Positions 49,655 through 63,424 of a stretch of 64,000 nucleotides of DNA are shown here, piece by piece. Origin of the DNA: Octopus sinensis (Eukaryota); NCBI RefSeq assembly GCF_006345805.1, contig NC_042997.1, positions 36,580,001-36,644,000 on the forward strand, given 5' to 3'. The position numbers and the translations under genes are program-made. Numbering within the stretch: the first letter of the stretch is position 1; each line of letters begins with the position of its first letter. A model generated the notes under the pieces. That model did not search any database. It saw only the letters and a list, made by a program, of their open reading frames with translations, and was not told the DNA's origin.

Positions 49655-50685
49655 AAAACAGCAACAATATCACAGAAGCTGTTACTCAGAGTTTCACGTT
49701 CTCGTTCGTTGGACAGTTTTGTTTAGAAAGGAACAAAAATAAGGTTGTAAGCAAGAATATACAATTAGTTCAGTCACACATTTGAAAATGGTTTTGTTTC
49801 CTTGGTCCTTTCAACTAACGGTCTTTTCGATAACCTGTTGCATGCAATAACAAACTGCGATATAAAATCATATAAGGCGGCGAGCTGGCAGAAACGTTAG
49901 CACGCCGGGCGAAATGCTTAGCGGTATTTCGTCTGCGTTATGTTGTGAGTTCAAATTCCACAGAGGTCGACTCTGCCTGTCATCCTTTCGGGGTCGATAA
50001 ATTAAGTACCAGTTACGCACTGGGGTCGATGTAATCGACTTAATACCTATGTCTGTCCTTGTTTTTACCCTCTGTGTTTAGCCCCTTGTTGGTAATAAAG
50101 AAATAGGTATAAAATCATCTTATAAAAATCAAAGAAAATCTTAATAAAAATAGCTGATAAAGAACCTGAATACCTAGGGTAAGTAATTAGCTGTAAAACA
50201 TTAATCAATTCATACATTGAAAGTTATATCCGTTTTAAAAAAAGCAATTTTAAACTTAAGCTTAAGCTTAAAACGGTAAAACAGTTGAAGGGTTTCTTAA
50301 AAGTAATGTCGAAATATTCATTAGCACAGCAATGCAAAATAATTATAACGTATAAAGTCAAATTTAAACTGATAGTTTTAATGTATAAATTGATTAATAT
50401 TTTACAGCTAATTATTTACCCTGAGTATACAAGTTCTTTATAAGGTATTTGTGATTTAAGCTTTTCTTCGATATTTATAAGATGATTTCATACCGCAATT
50501 TGTTATTGCATAGAACCGGTCATTGAAAAGACCATTAGTTGAAAGGGCGAATAAAACAAAACCATTTTCAAATGTGTCTCTATTGAACTAATTTCATATT
50601 TTTGCTCCATTCGAAATACAACTGTCCGACGAACGGGAAACTGAAACTCTGAGTAACAGTTTTTGTGATATTTTTGCTGCATTTA
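49655..50685. mobile_element. Large foldback element interrupted by a SINE
   Basis: Left arm 49655-49871 plus 50108-~50230 is the inverse of ~50375-50685 (e.g. GTTACTCAGAGTTTCA / TGAAACTCTGAGTAAC; CATTTGAAAATGGTTTTGTTT / AAACAAAACCATTTTCAAATG). Confidence 0.88.
49875..50107 (+). mobile_element. SINE family A (A2 tail), full length, with 11-bp TSD
   Basis: TATAAAATCAT at 49861-49871 and 50108-50118. Confidence 0.93.
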
Positions 50686-50807
50686 ATTACACACTCACGC
50701 ACACACATATATACAGACACATAGGCACACACACACACGCACACACACACGCACACACGCGCACGCACACACACACACACACACAAAAACACACATATAT
50801 ATATATA

Positions 50808-52023
50808 CAGGGTGGGGAAGCAAAATTTACAATGAACGTTAAGTTGTCTTTTCTCAGCAGGCACTAAGTCAATTGTTTTAACATCTAGCAGATATTGATC
50901 TCATAATCATACCTAACACTATTATCCTTATCTTTTCAGAAACGTTTGCCCATATGAGTAATCAGCAAAGCAAACGCCAAGGAGTGTGTGATTTGCTGAA
51001 TGCACTCGTCACACCAAAGGAGATTTCAAGAATAGTTGGAGTGTCCATAAAGACTGTTTATAACGTAAAGAATAGAATGACTATGAGCAAAATTTTACGA
51101 AGTCTGGAAGAGGAGGAATCAACAAAAAAAGTACCAAAGCTTTTATTAAAGCTCTCAAATCTAAAATCCTAAAGGATCCAACCAAATCCATGAGAAAAAT
51201 GGCAATTGAACTTGAGGTAGAAAACAAGACCATTAGAAATGCAGTAAAATATGATTTGAGGTTAAAATCTTACACAAGAACACCAAAACACTTGTTGACA
51301 ACAGCTATGAAGGAAAAGAGACTGGAAAGGTGCAAGAAAATTATTACATGGTTCAAGAAAAAGTCCTCCACTGTAACGAACTTTTCATATGAAAAGATCT
51401 TCACTGTCGATGCTGTTCTGAACCGCAGAAATGACAGATTTATCACAAGATCGATAACTGTTCAAGTTATGGCTTTTGGTATTAAGGCTTCCGATGGAAA
51501 GAAAATGCCTATACAATTCTACAAATCTGATGAAAAGATCAATGTTAGTACTTACTACAAGACTCTGAGATACCAGGTATTGCCATGGCTTAAAGCAAAC
51601 TAACCAGATGGTAATTAGGTATGGAAACAGGATGGTGCTCCAGCCAACACAGCTAGAAAAATACAAGATTTCTGCAAATCCAACTTGAGCAATTTTTGAG
51701 AATCATGTTTATGGCCGCCTTCTAGCCCAGATCTAAACCCTCTGGATTATGCTATTTGGGGTATTTTACAACATGCTACCAATACAACGTCACACAGCAA
51801 TATCTTAAAGATACTATTAAAGAAGAATCGGAAAAGTTGTCTCCCGAATATTTGAGGAACACTTGTGCAAGTTTCAGGAAGCATGTGATGGCAATTACTG
51901 AGAAAGAAGAAGGACAGAATAAAAACATTTTCTTGTGGCAAATGAATTCTCATGACTTTCAATAAACTAATTGGTCTTTCAAACCCTGCCTCAAAACATT
52001 GTAAATTTTGCTTCCCCACCCTG
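50808..52023 (+). mobile_element. Tc1/mariner DD37D (maT-like) transposon, near full length
   Basis: Perfect 27-bp TIR CAGGGTGGGGAAGCAAAATTTACAATG. Transposase pieces 50954-51172 and 51190-51603, then QDGAP...WPPSSPDLNPLD with 37 residues between the last two Asp. Sits in (TA)n. Confidence 0.95.
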
Positions 52024-52112
52024 CATATATATATATATATATATATAATCAAAAAGGTAATAACATAGATTATTATTACCAGTGGCCTAGTAATAATAAT
52101 AATAATAATAAT

Positions 52113-52143
<31 letters not shown>

Positions 52144-54139
52144 CACGCATATAATATATATTTACGAATACACATACTCATTCTCTATTCCCATCATCAC
52201 AATTATATTTTACTCTCTATCTTTCTCTCTGTATCTTGGATTTCTTTTGTATAACTATTTATCAATCGGTCTTTAATTCCTGACCAGAACAATTGGGATA
52301 TATGTGCGTATTGTTGATGGAAATTGGAAAAAATGTTGGGTTGAACATAAATATACACATATATGAGTGTGTTCATAAGTGTGCAGCTTGTGTGTTGTTG
52401 TGTGGTTATGCGTGCCCGTGTGCCCGTGCGTATGTGTGTGTGTGTGTGTGTGTGTGCATACCATAAAAGCATATTTCATACCAGAATTCTATTTCCTCTT
52501 GAATTTCCTTTTTTTCATGTTGCCGCACGTCTTCACAATTTACCTTATTTCTTGTCTTATTCTAGTCATTATCTTCGTCTACACTCTCAGGTAAAACGTT
52601 GGGCCAATTTTCTTTAATGGGAATTAGCTCGTTTTATCGATTTCTAATCACCCGATGTAGAGTGCAAAAGACCTATTTTCGTGTTGCTGTATTTTCAAGA
52701 ATTACCTTTCTAGATTTTTTTCTCAGCTTGTCTTGTTTTCCTTATCCTTGTTCCCTCACTGCTTGAATCTACTTTATTAACTTCACATATTCACTATATG
52801 CTCTATTATTTATCCTTCTAGTACCTTTCTTAATCATTATTTCTGTATACAATTCCCACTGTTTTTTCTATCTAAATTAAAATGTACCTTCAGCTCATTG
52901 CTTTTTTAACGACTTCATATACCCTCGATGCCATACAAGAATTAATGCCTCTGACATTTTCCGCATTTCTCTTTCTTAATTACCTCTCCATTATTCATTG
53001 ATGTTTCTTTTGCTATTTTATCAGGTTTCACATCTAATACCGTCTTTATTGTCGAGTTCCATCTTTCCTCTTTCCATATCTTATAATTCATTAACCATCT
53101 GCTAGCTTGTTTCCAGCCCGGTTACCCTAATTTTTTGGCTAACTACTGACTCATCTCAATTTGTAAGATTCAAAAAAACCCATTTATTTAATGCATCCTA
53201 CCCACTGCAATTTTTCCCTTCTCTCCCACACCTCTCTCGATATAACTACAAGCTTTTGATCATTCAAAGGAACGCAATTTTTCTGTAAATTTATTACCGA
53301 CATCATTGCATAATTTCCCGTATATAACCTTTATAACTCGCACATTTGCCTAAATAATACTCTGGAATATTGTTTTTCATAAATATAGTTTGCAGTGTGA
53401 CTTACGGTCGCTTTTTAAAATTTAGCTACAATATCATTTCATTGAATTAATTCCAATCATACAAAATCAATCCAGCAAATACCGCGGCCGCATAGTTTTC
53501 TGATGAATGTGTCGGTATGATATTAATCCGGAACACTCAAATTAATTTGTTCATTTAAATCGTAACTTCTGGCAGACTGACGTTATACAGACATCAGGAC
53601 AATATCCGATGAAGATATGTGCATGTGATTTTTGCACACATGGAATGCGTGCGTATATTAATTCGTGGTAGAGTGTGACTTCACAAGCCAATGCAATCAT
53701 TTTCTCAATGCCACAGCAGTATAATTTTGCATACATGCTCGATAACCATATAGACTAAGAAGAAATATACAGTTATATGCTTAAGTACACACGCAAGTGT
53801 GTGTGTGCGCGCGCATGCATTAATACTTGCTATTAAATTCCTGGCCAGTGAAAGATTCGGTATATTAGTCGTATGCGTATAGTCACACTGTTTTCGGTAA
53901 CAAATGAAATCTATTACTTATTGCCACTATATACGAGATGTGCAAGTTCTTTTTTGTATGTCGTTCTCTCTCTCTCTCTCTCTCTCTCTCGTGCTCACAT
54001 TGTCACTCATTCTCTCTCTCAAACACTCTCTTTTTATACGTGTATTTTTGTATGCTGAGTAGTGTTTAGCTGGAACAGACAATTTCTGGTCGCCTTCTTC
54101 GATTATTATACAGACATACATGCAGGCATTTATATGTGT

Positions 54140-54164
54140 GTGTATGAGTGTGAGTGTGTGTGTG

Positions 54165-54252
<88 letters not shown>
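54140..54252. repeat. (TG)n microsatellite
   Basis: Seen directly. Confidence 0.95.
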
Positions 54253-54256
<4 letters not shown>

Positions 54257-55556
54257 TGTATTTTTATCTGGTTTGCCAGATTCTCTATTTGAAATCGTGT
54301 TTTGAAACACTTTGTTGTGACTGGTGAGAGTCATGCACGTGTGTATTAATAAATAGACTGATAAACAGATATATATATTTTTTTATTTTATATAAACACA
54401 TTGACATACGCATTTTCTAGTGTATATATATATGTATGTGTGGGTGTGTGTTTGTGCGTCTGTATCTATGTGTGTGTGTGTGTGCGTGTGTATGTGTACA
54501 GAAATTTGCATAGTACAAGTGAACTCAAGACTATGAGATCTGCCTAAATTGCATTGATTTTTTACAGGTGACATAGCTGAAAAGAGCTGGATTATTAATA
54601 TAAGTCGTTTTATGTACACGTTGCAGTGCTGTCTTGCATGTTAAATATTGTAAGATCTCGCGTAACCACCAGTATTATAAAATATTCAAGAGAATCCAGC
54701 CTTACACATCAACGCGTTTGCGATAGATATATGTTCATATATAAGAGCAGAGAAAAAAGGGAAATCAGTGTAGAAATATAATCTCAATAAAGAAATATTT
54801 TTTTTTGTGTTTGTTTTTAATGTAATAAAGAAAACTCAAACGTGAAGCTTACACATTGCTCTGGTGTCTCTTCTGTGATATATGGAATTGGTGCTAGTCT
54901 CCAAATTCTGCCAACTCGTTAATGTTCGTCGACTTTTTGGTGGTCGCTCGGAAACTTTGTAATACAATTGACCTTTTGGATCGTATACAGGATGTTTAGT
55001 CGAGGGGCGCTGTTCCTAACTGAAGTTCAGACGATGTCTGTATAGAATACGCAAGACAAGTGTTGTGTAACTATGCAAATAAACACCATATTTAAATCGT
55101 GTGTCCAGATAATGGGCCCTTTCAAAGACTTGCAATCTTCGGTCAGCCTTCATGACGTTGCAGTTGGCGTTATGAGTAACATGTTGACGTACGTCCATGT
55201 TGTTGTAGTTCAGATGGGGGTCAACGCTATACAACAGAGAATATGACAGCAAATATAATGATGCGTAGTTTATCGTGTATAGTATCGTAACACGAGTCTT
55301 CACCAGTGTAACAATACATTATTTACTTGTTGGCTGCTATGCAGACAAAAACAATCAAAACAAAACCGGGTGAAATCCAAACACAAACATATTTATAGGA
55401 AGTCCATGTGTCTATGATAGAGGTGTGCCTCAGCTAATGTAGCGGATTGCTGAAATCGTCAAAGTTCGTAGCGGGGTTGTGTCTCATATGTGCATGTAAC
55501 AATTTGGCTGCAGCTGTGTTACGACAACTATTCCGCTGCCAGACTGAGTAATTACA

Positions 55557-55950
55557 TCTTAATATATGAAAGAGAAGTTGTGTGCCTGTCTCCTACGATT
55601 TAGATTCCTAACTACTCCCACATTTTGCAGTGCAGTTTAACCAAAACCGGGTATCTTATAGTCGTGATTCATATCGAGCCCTTCTGGGTATTAGCGCGCG
55701 TCTACGATGAGTCTACGATTTAAAAGAAAATTACCATAATTTTTTTCTATTTTAATGCATTTTTTCGCTATTATATAAGGGAAGTAACTCTCTAACAATG
55801 TCTACGATGAGTCAACGATTTAAAAAAAAATTACCATCATTTTTTTCCCATTTTAATGCATTTCTTTGCTATTTTTGGCTATAACTCTCTAAAAATGCTT
55901 ATATAGATATTTCTCTTACAAACCCGAGCAAAGCCGGGCGATACTGCTAG
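55557..55950 (+). mobile_element. Non-autonomous Helitron
   Basis: A|TC 5' end, subterminal hairpin CCCGAGCAAAGCCGGG, CTAG|T 3' end, internal ~100-bp tandem duplication (55701-55800 and 55801-55897). Confidence 0.85.
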
Positions 55951-55967
55951 TTATCTATATAATATAT

Positions 55968-56272
55968 CGTGGAGGCACAATGGCCTAGTGGTTAGGGCAT
56001 CGGACTCGCGGTCGTAGGATCGCGGTTTCGATTCCCAGACCGGGCGTTGTGAGTGTTTATTGAGCGAAAACACCTGAAAGCTCCACGATGCTCCGACAGG
56101 GGGTGGTGATCCCTGCTGTACTCTTTCACCACTCTTTCTCTCACTCTTCTGTTGGCCTGCTCGCTTAGCCAGCGGGGTGGCGTCATTCGAAGGCTAAAAC
56201 AATGCGAACGCATTGTGACCAGTGATGTGTAAAACATCTGATGGTCTGGTCGGTCACGTGATCACGTGATAT
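55968..56272 (+). mobile_element. SINE family C, tail type 2
   Basis: Same head and body as 38658-39040, but a different tail ending GGTCACGTGATCACGTGATA. Confidence 0.9.
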
Positions 56273-56633
56273 AATATATCTATGTCTAATTATATCTAAA
56301 TTTGTACCAATGGAAGGGTGCCAAATACAAAGCCGTTAATAACCATTGAAATATGTTATCTACAACTGTGATTCTAACAAGTAAAGCAAATATTGAGGTA
56401 AGCTCAAATAGATTGGTTGGTTCTCGCCGTATGAACATACTTGTATCGTTTCAATTCCCAAGCTGTAGGTTGATGTGTTGATTCGCTTCTTATCTTCGTC
56501 ATACATACATATGTCTGCTTGTATACACCATAACAGCATGTATATATATACAGAACTATACACACTGCACGAACCACGTCCTCGCTTGTTTTTCTTGTGT
56601 TTGTTCTTCGTTTTCTGGGGATTTACTAGATAT

Positions 56634-56717
<84 letters not shown>

Positions 56718-56764
56718 TATATACATATGCATATACACACACATACATACATATATATATAATA

Positions 56765-56899
56765 ATATAGTATTATTGGACGCTCAGGAAGGAAGGGAAG
56801 AAGGAGTGCTTTACGTTTCGAGCGGAGCTCTTCATCAGAAACATAGGAAAAGGAAAGATCCAGAGAAGGGAAGACGGAGGAAACAAAATCGCCACCGGT

Positions 56900-56900
<1 letters not shown>
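56765..56900 (-). mobile_element. Hammerhead-bearing element family X
   Basis: Shares GGCGATTTT..CTCTGGATCTTTCCTT..CCTATGTTT with 16325-16520; flanked by (TA)n and (CA)n. Confidence 0.75.
56808..56842 (-). ncRNA. Minimal type I hammerhead ribozyme, canonical core
   Basis: gttt-CTGATGA-A-gagc(tcc)gctc-GAAAC-GTA-aagc. Confidence 0.8.
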
Positions 56901-56985
<85 letters not shown>

Positions 56986-57024
56986 TCATATATATATAAA
57001 TATAAATATATTATATATATAAAC

Positions 57025-57087
<63 letters not shown>

Positions 57088-57090
<3 letters not shown>

Positions 57091-57270
57091 GAGAATTACG
57101 AGAAAAACAAAAGACGAAGACAGGTGGTGTAGACAACAAACAGCTACATTAGTTTAACGCTCGGGAAGTGAAAAAGTATTTAACGTTTCGAGCTACGCTC
57201 TTCCACAGAAAGGAAAACAGAAAGAAACAATGAGAGAAAATAATGTATGTGTAATAGCTAGACGCTCGCG
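57088..57270 (-). mobile_element. Hammerhead-bearing element family Y
   Basis: Homolog of 46510-46683; motif cttt-CTGTGGA-A-gagc(gta)gctc-GAAAC-GTT-aaat at 57178-57212. Confidence 0.78.
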
Positions 57271-57279
57271 CACACACAT

Positions 57280-57373
<94 letters not shown>

Positions 57374-58198
57374 ATAAAGATAGAGAGATAGATATATAGA
57401 TAGATATGTAGATAGATATAAATCATAAATATGCGTTCGCGTGTTTGTGAGTAGGTGTACGAATTTTTATGTGTGTTTGCAAGTGTGTGATTTTTTTTTG
57501 CATGATAGACTATTACATTGTTATAAACGAAATTACAAGAAAATGATAAAAAGAAGCCCAATTATGAAATGCGAGATGGAACTGCGAGAACAAAAATGAG
57601 AGACGATAGAAAAATATATATTGAAAAAGATTGTTGTTGATGAAATTATCACGTTGAACAGCAAGAAGATACGGAATGACTAAAGAACTTCCAATGGAAA
57701 TACGAAGAAATAAAAACAGGAACAGCAGCAAATTCATAACAATAAAAATATAAAATAACAGATTAGCAAAAAACAGAAACTGAAGTAAATAAATATGGGA
57801 AATTATCAAAGCAAAATTAGTTGTGAAAAAGGGAAAAAAGTAATAAATCTTCATCCAGGCTAAAATTGTAAATAAACAAAATTAAAAACAACGAAATAAA
57901 AAGCAATATGCATTATATTTTCTCCTCGGAACAAAAAAGCGGTGTTTACATACACACCGGCTCGCGCACGAGAATGAGGTGTATGTGTATATTTAAATAA
58001 TATAAATACATACACCATACATATATAAACACATGCATACACGCACACGTATATACATACTTATATATGTACATGTATATTTGCATATATACATGAATGT
58101 ATATATATATATTATATATATATATATAATATATATATTTATGTATGTATATATATGTATATATATATGTATGCGCATATACATATATGTAAATATAT

Positions 58199-58232
<34 letters not shown>

Positions 58233-58716
58233 AGTGTGTGTGTGTGTGTGCGTGTGTTTTTGTTTCGGTTTGTGCATACATATATACATCAAGGAAAGGA
58301 ATGTAGCTATCAAAGTATGTAATAATGAATCAGTTCCCGCAACTGTAAGTATAATAGCAGCAACACCAGGGAGATAAAAGGCAGGTTATAGTATTAGCAA
58401 AGAAATAAATAGATACATAAATAAACAAGCAAAGTAATATGAAAAAATTATACTAAAATATAAAGTAAAGAAATGCGCTCGCAAAATTAGAGACAAGCGT
58501 ATTAAAGAATACGGACAGAAGCAACAAACATTGGCATAGAGTAAAAATAATGCATCATTAGTGCAAGAAAATAGACAGATATGCGGAGTTGCACAGGAAA
58601 CGGAATGATGATACATACACGCATATATGTATACGTGTATGTATGTATATATGTATATATATATATATAGCATAGCCACAGCTCGTGAGCGGAAACTAGA
58701 TAAAATAAAATAAAAT

Positions 58717-58770
<54 letters not shown>

Positions 58771-58798
58771 AATGTGTGTGTGTGTGTGTATATATATG

Positions 58799-58838
<40 letters not shown>

Positions 58839-61525
58839 CACATATATACATGTACTGTGTCGTAGAAATAGATTCTCATAAATTTCAGCTGCAAACGATG
58901 CCAGCATGCTGACAGATCTGTTGTTCTGGCTGATTTTCTCCTCCTGAGTAGTAGATAAATCGGACTGGCAGCAACGTGACGACTTTTGAATCTTATTGCT
59001 TCTTCACACACAAAAAGTAGAACATATTTCTCCAAGATAGCATCGAATGTTACGTCCATACCATACATATATAAACACACGCACACATGAATACATACAT
59101 AATACATACACACATACACATATGTTTTTGTACGGGTGAACTCTTTGGCAACGAAGTAGTACATCTTTAAACATTTGAAACAATGTAATTGAATATGAAG
59201 TAGTAGTTGTGATTTGGCGTCTTTTCGCTACTTTTAACTTGTTATTCTGCACAAATGTAACTTTCATTTATCTCTAAAATAATCGTTTCTTATGTTTCAA
59301 ATAATCCTTGATTGCTAAAGCAAGAGAAACGATTACCTTAAATACATAGTACAAATATTCTTAATTGGATCAACATAGATATTAAGTAGATAATTTTGAA
59401 ATATAATAATACGAAATGAAATCAAATTAAACATTACTGGTGACAATTGTGGTGAGATTTAATATGATAGTGTGTGTGAAACCATTCAAATTAATATGCG
59501 CATATAATGTAATACATAATGTGATACATAACTGCTGAACAAAATATATACAAGTGTTTTTATAGTAATGTTTATATATGTATTCACGCTCATATTTGCA
59601 TCGACAAACTTGCAATGTGAAACATTTACATTCATCCATACGTATGTATACGTATAACTATTTATACAGAAACATTTGTGTATGTATGTGTATATGTGTG
59701 TCTGTTTTGCGTTTTCGTATCTCCATCACTGATTGACTCATGCGCACTTACCACAATATTTCATCCTGGAATAAATCTGATATGGTGGACATTTGAAATT
59801 TTCAAGATGGTCATAACGATTGAAGAGGATTGGTGATTCCTTGCATAACGAAATGATTTCTAAGACTCAAATGTTTTAAGATACAATTACTATGAATTAT
59901 TTTGTACCCCACCATGTAGCTTCCTCCAGAAATCCACATCTGTATCCTGACTGTGTAATGTTATAATAGATTCCATTACGAATATTCAAAACTCTTCTCA
60001 TGAAATCTTGAAATGAAGTCGCAACTTAAAGAGAATTTGCAGACTGGAGCGTTCAGGTCAACTGATGCTCACACTCTATGATCTTCCAGTGAGTCGGTTG
60101 CAAAATTTATCAGTTTAACCTTCCACAAGCGCATCTTGTTTTTATTCCTTTTATTGTCATGTTGGTAAAGAAAATCAAAAAAAATATGTGATTTAATTTC
60201 TGCTACTGACGCGTGTGCTAATTTAGTAAGAATACAAACTTACATTTCACGTTTTCCTTGTTTTGTTTTCTGGTTTTTTTTTTGTCCTCGGCTGTTATTT
60301 TCACAGAGAGAAAAGGAAACAACCAGAAGCAGACGTGAAAAACAGAAGTTTAACGCAAGAAAGAAACGCAGGCTCTTAGCGATATTGCAGGAGATTTCCC
60401 GCCTTAAGAGAAAGGCGGTAAATGGCAAAACAGTCAATAAGAATAAAGGAGTGAAATAGTAAAACAGTTTATTTAAAACTGTGGGACAGCGACTAAAGAG
60501 AGATAGCTACAAAAAAAAAATAATAATGAAAGATGTAGAAGAGAAGATACGCGTAACAAGTACAAACTTTAATAGATATATATGTTTGAGGTGTGTAGCT
60601 CCAATGAACTATCTACTTTGGTATGTGAGAATAATTAGATATTTTGGAGGATATATATTTTTATCTATAGATTTTTAATAACTTAAATACAAGTGCTCAA
60701 CAGTAATAATATGTAAAGCGGTTGTCTAATGAATTTAGGTAGAGCTGCAAATACACACACACACACACACACACACGCTTGCCCGCGCACACAAAGAAAC
60801 GTTTATGTCGCTTTGTGACAGCTGACTTAGTCGAGGTATGTGACATGTATTCTGTCGCACATCATAAAACCCATGTCGAGTTATCAGCAGTATTTCTTTC
60901 GGAACTCAGGATCCCATGTAATATTGTATTTACTTTGAATGTTAACAACATTACACATTTTGGTGCATGTGAAAATATTCACTTATTTTATGTCGGAATA
61001 CATATTACCGGAATTTTAGACACAGAGCTTAAGCGTTAAGCATAAACGAACTGTTGTTTACATACAAGGACAAAACTGCGCATCCTTCCTAATATACATA
61101 TCCTTTTCCCAAAATAAATCTAGGTCATTCATAATATAGTCACTATGAAACACTGAAAAACCTGTGAAAAGAAAAAATAAGCAGACTTATTAAATATAGC
61201 TACGATGTGTGAACATGATAGTCAATAATCATAAAAGATTTTCTCAAAAAATTAGTCAGTAATGAAATCACATACACTTACGTAAATACATGCGTACGTG
61301 TGTGAGTATGTGTGTGAGTGTGTGTATGTGTCTGTGTGTCTGGGTGAGTATTCATGCATACGTATGTTTGTGTGGTTATGAGCGTAAGCTTAAGTGACAC
61401 AGACCATATGTAGGAATAAGTGAAATGCAATACAAGTTGTTTATGTTTCAAAGAAACGCGCACATACACACGCTTTCACACCTGTGTGTATGTGTGTGTG
61501 TGTGCGTGTGTGTGTGCGCGCGCGC

Positions 61526-61703
61526 AGTCGTGGCTGCATGGCGAGAAGCTTCCTTCCGAACCACACTGTTCCGGTTTCAGTCCCACTGCGTGGAATCTTG
61601 TGCAAGTACCTTCTCCTATTGCCGCAGGGTGACCAAAGATTTCCCAGTGGATTTGGCAGACGGAAACTGAGAGAAGCGTGTCGTATATATATATGAATAT
61701 ATA

Positions 61704-61783
<80 letters not shown>

Positions 61784-61960
61784 TGTGTGTGTGTGTGTCT
61801 CTGTGTGTGCCTTTTTATGTGTTTTGCCCCGAACACCTTTGCTTGGCACCCGGTGATGGTGTGTTTACATTCACGAAACAGAAGTTCGGCAAAAAACAAT
61901 GATACAGTAAGTACCAAGCTTTAAAATAGTAAGCTCTGGTGGCGATACATTCGAGCAGCG
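61526..61960 (+). mobile_element. SINE family B, diverged, with expanded internal (TA)n
   Basis: CAGTCCCACTGCGTGG...GGATTTGGCAGACGGAAACTGA...GGTGTGTTTAC..TTCGGCAAAA. Confidence 0.8.
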
Positions 61961-62579
61961 TATGTTCTCTAATATTTTTAAAGTGCTTTTTTTATATTGC
62001 TTTAATTTTATTTTGGGTTACCTTTATACTTGTTTTATAATATTTATAATTGTTACGATATTATGATTTTCTGTGTTACATGATGTTTCTTCATTTTCAG
62101 AAATCAGTTTACAAATTCCTTATTATGTTCACGCTACAACTTTCATCATTAAAAGCACTGCTTTCTCTAAAATTTTCACCCGTCCAAATTACTTTTTCAT
62201 ACCGTCATACATTCGTAAGAAACTGCTCTAGTGAATTGACATTTGTCCATCAATTTTTACTTAGTTATGCTTAATTCAGCTATTTCAGAAAATGACCCTG
62301 AGTATTCCGAAGTATATCATTGGCTGTATATTTAATAAAATGTATTTCTGAATAGCTCAAGAGCGGAGTATATACTCAGTTAAGTTCAATTAACTACAAA
62401 TATTACCCGAATATCATTCTGCTATTACGTCTGTACCATTTTGGTCTTCATCTATAATTGTGTGTGCATTTTATTCCGACCTAACTAGGTGCCTAGCTTT
62501 TAAGCATCGTGTTCAATTGAATATTTCTATATTATACACACACACACATATTTATATTCATACATACAATAATAACAAT

Positions 62580-63165
62580 AATAACATATTAACACATTGA
62601 GTTATACTAAATATATTATAGTACAGGTAGCCATAGCAATTAAAATAACAAATGCAAAATTAATAAACAAGGATGCAATATAGCACCTAGAAATTGCTAG
62701 AAACGAGAACCCAAATTTAACTCATATAACCACCGAAAAGCACTAATCGCATGAAATATTTGGGATCGCGAGTAGCAAGTCACAGCACCTTTCTTTTGCG
62801 AGATACATTCCCAGAATGAAGTAGTGTGATAAAACATTCTTACGTGATTTCGAAATTTGATTCACAAGATATTGTTTCTCGTCAGAGGTTTCCACAATTA
62901 CTCTGGGTTAAGAGATATTCAAAACGGTTAAAATGTATAGTAACATAAACAAGATATTGTAATAATATGTTAATATATATTAAACACATTATAATATAGG
63001 TGACCATAACAATTAAAACAAAAAAATATAAGATTAATAAATGAGGCTCCAAAATAGCACCTACAATTTCTAGAAAGGAGAGCCAAAATTTAACTCTAAC
63101 AGCCATACAAAAAGCAGTAACCTCATGAAATATTCAGGACTGGGAGCAGTAAGCCTCAACATATT
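62580..63165. repeat. Diverged tandem duplication, period ~370 bp
   Basis: CCATAGCAATTAAAA...AATATAGCACCTAGAAATTGCTAGAAA...AAATTTAACTC...CATGAAATATT versus CCATAACAATTAAAA...AAATAGCACCTACAATTTCTAGAAA...AAATTTAACTC...CATGAAATATT. Confidence 0.8.
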
Positions 63166-63418
63166 TCTTATTTCTTTATTGCCCACAAGGGGGTAAACAC
63201 AGAAGGGACAAACAAGGATAGACAAAGGAATTAAGTCGATTATATCGACCCCAGTGCGTAACTGATACTCATTTAATCGACCCCGAAAGGATGAAAGGCA
63301 ATGTCAACCTCGGCAGAATTTGAACTCAGAATGTAACAGCAGAAGAAATACCTACTTCTTTACTACCCACAAGGGGCTAAACACAGAGGAGACAAACAAG
63401 GACAGACATACGGATTAA
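63166..63418 (-). mobile_element. Two nested SINE family A2 copies
   Basis: TTTCTTTATTGCCCACAAGGGG...GAACTCAGAATG, then a second tail TACTTCTTTACTACCCACAAGGGGC. Confidence 0.85.
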
Positions 63419-63424
63419 GACATT

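Noticed and set aside
53500-53550. CTGATGAA plus GTGTCGG/CCGGAACAC hairpin
   Set aside because: Lacks the GAAA half of the hammerhead core.
55016-55303. 95-aa minus-strand ORF with a possible acceptor
   Set aside because: No recognisable homology and a weak donor; cannot be supported without transcripts.
58870-59010. Protein-like minus-strand frame (SNKIQKSSRCCQSDLSTTQEEK...)
   Set aside because: Bounded by microsatellites, poor splice signals, no family match.
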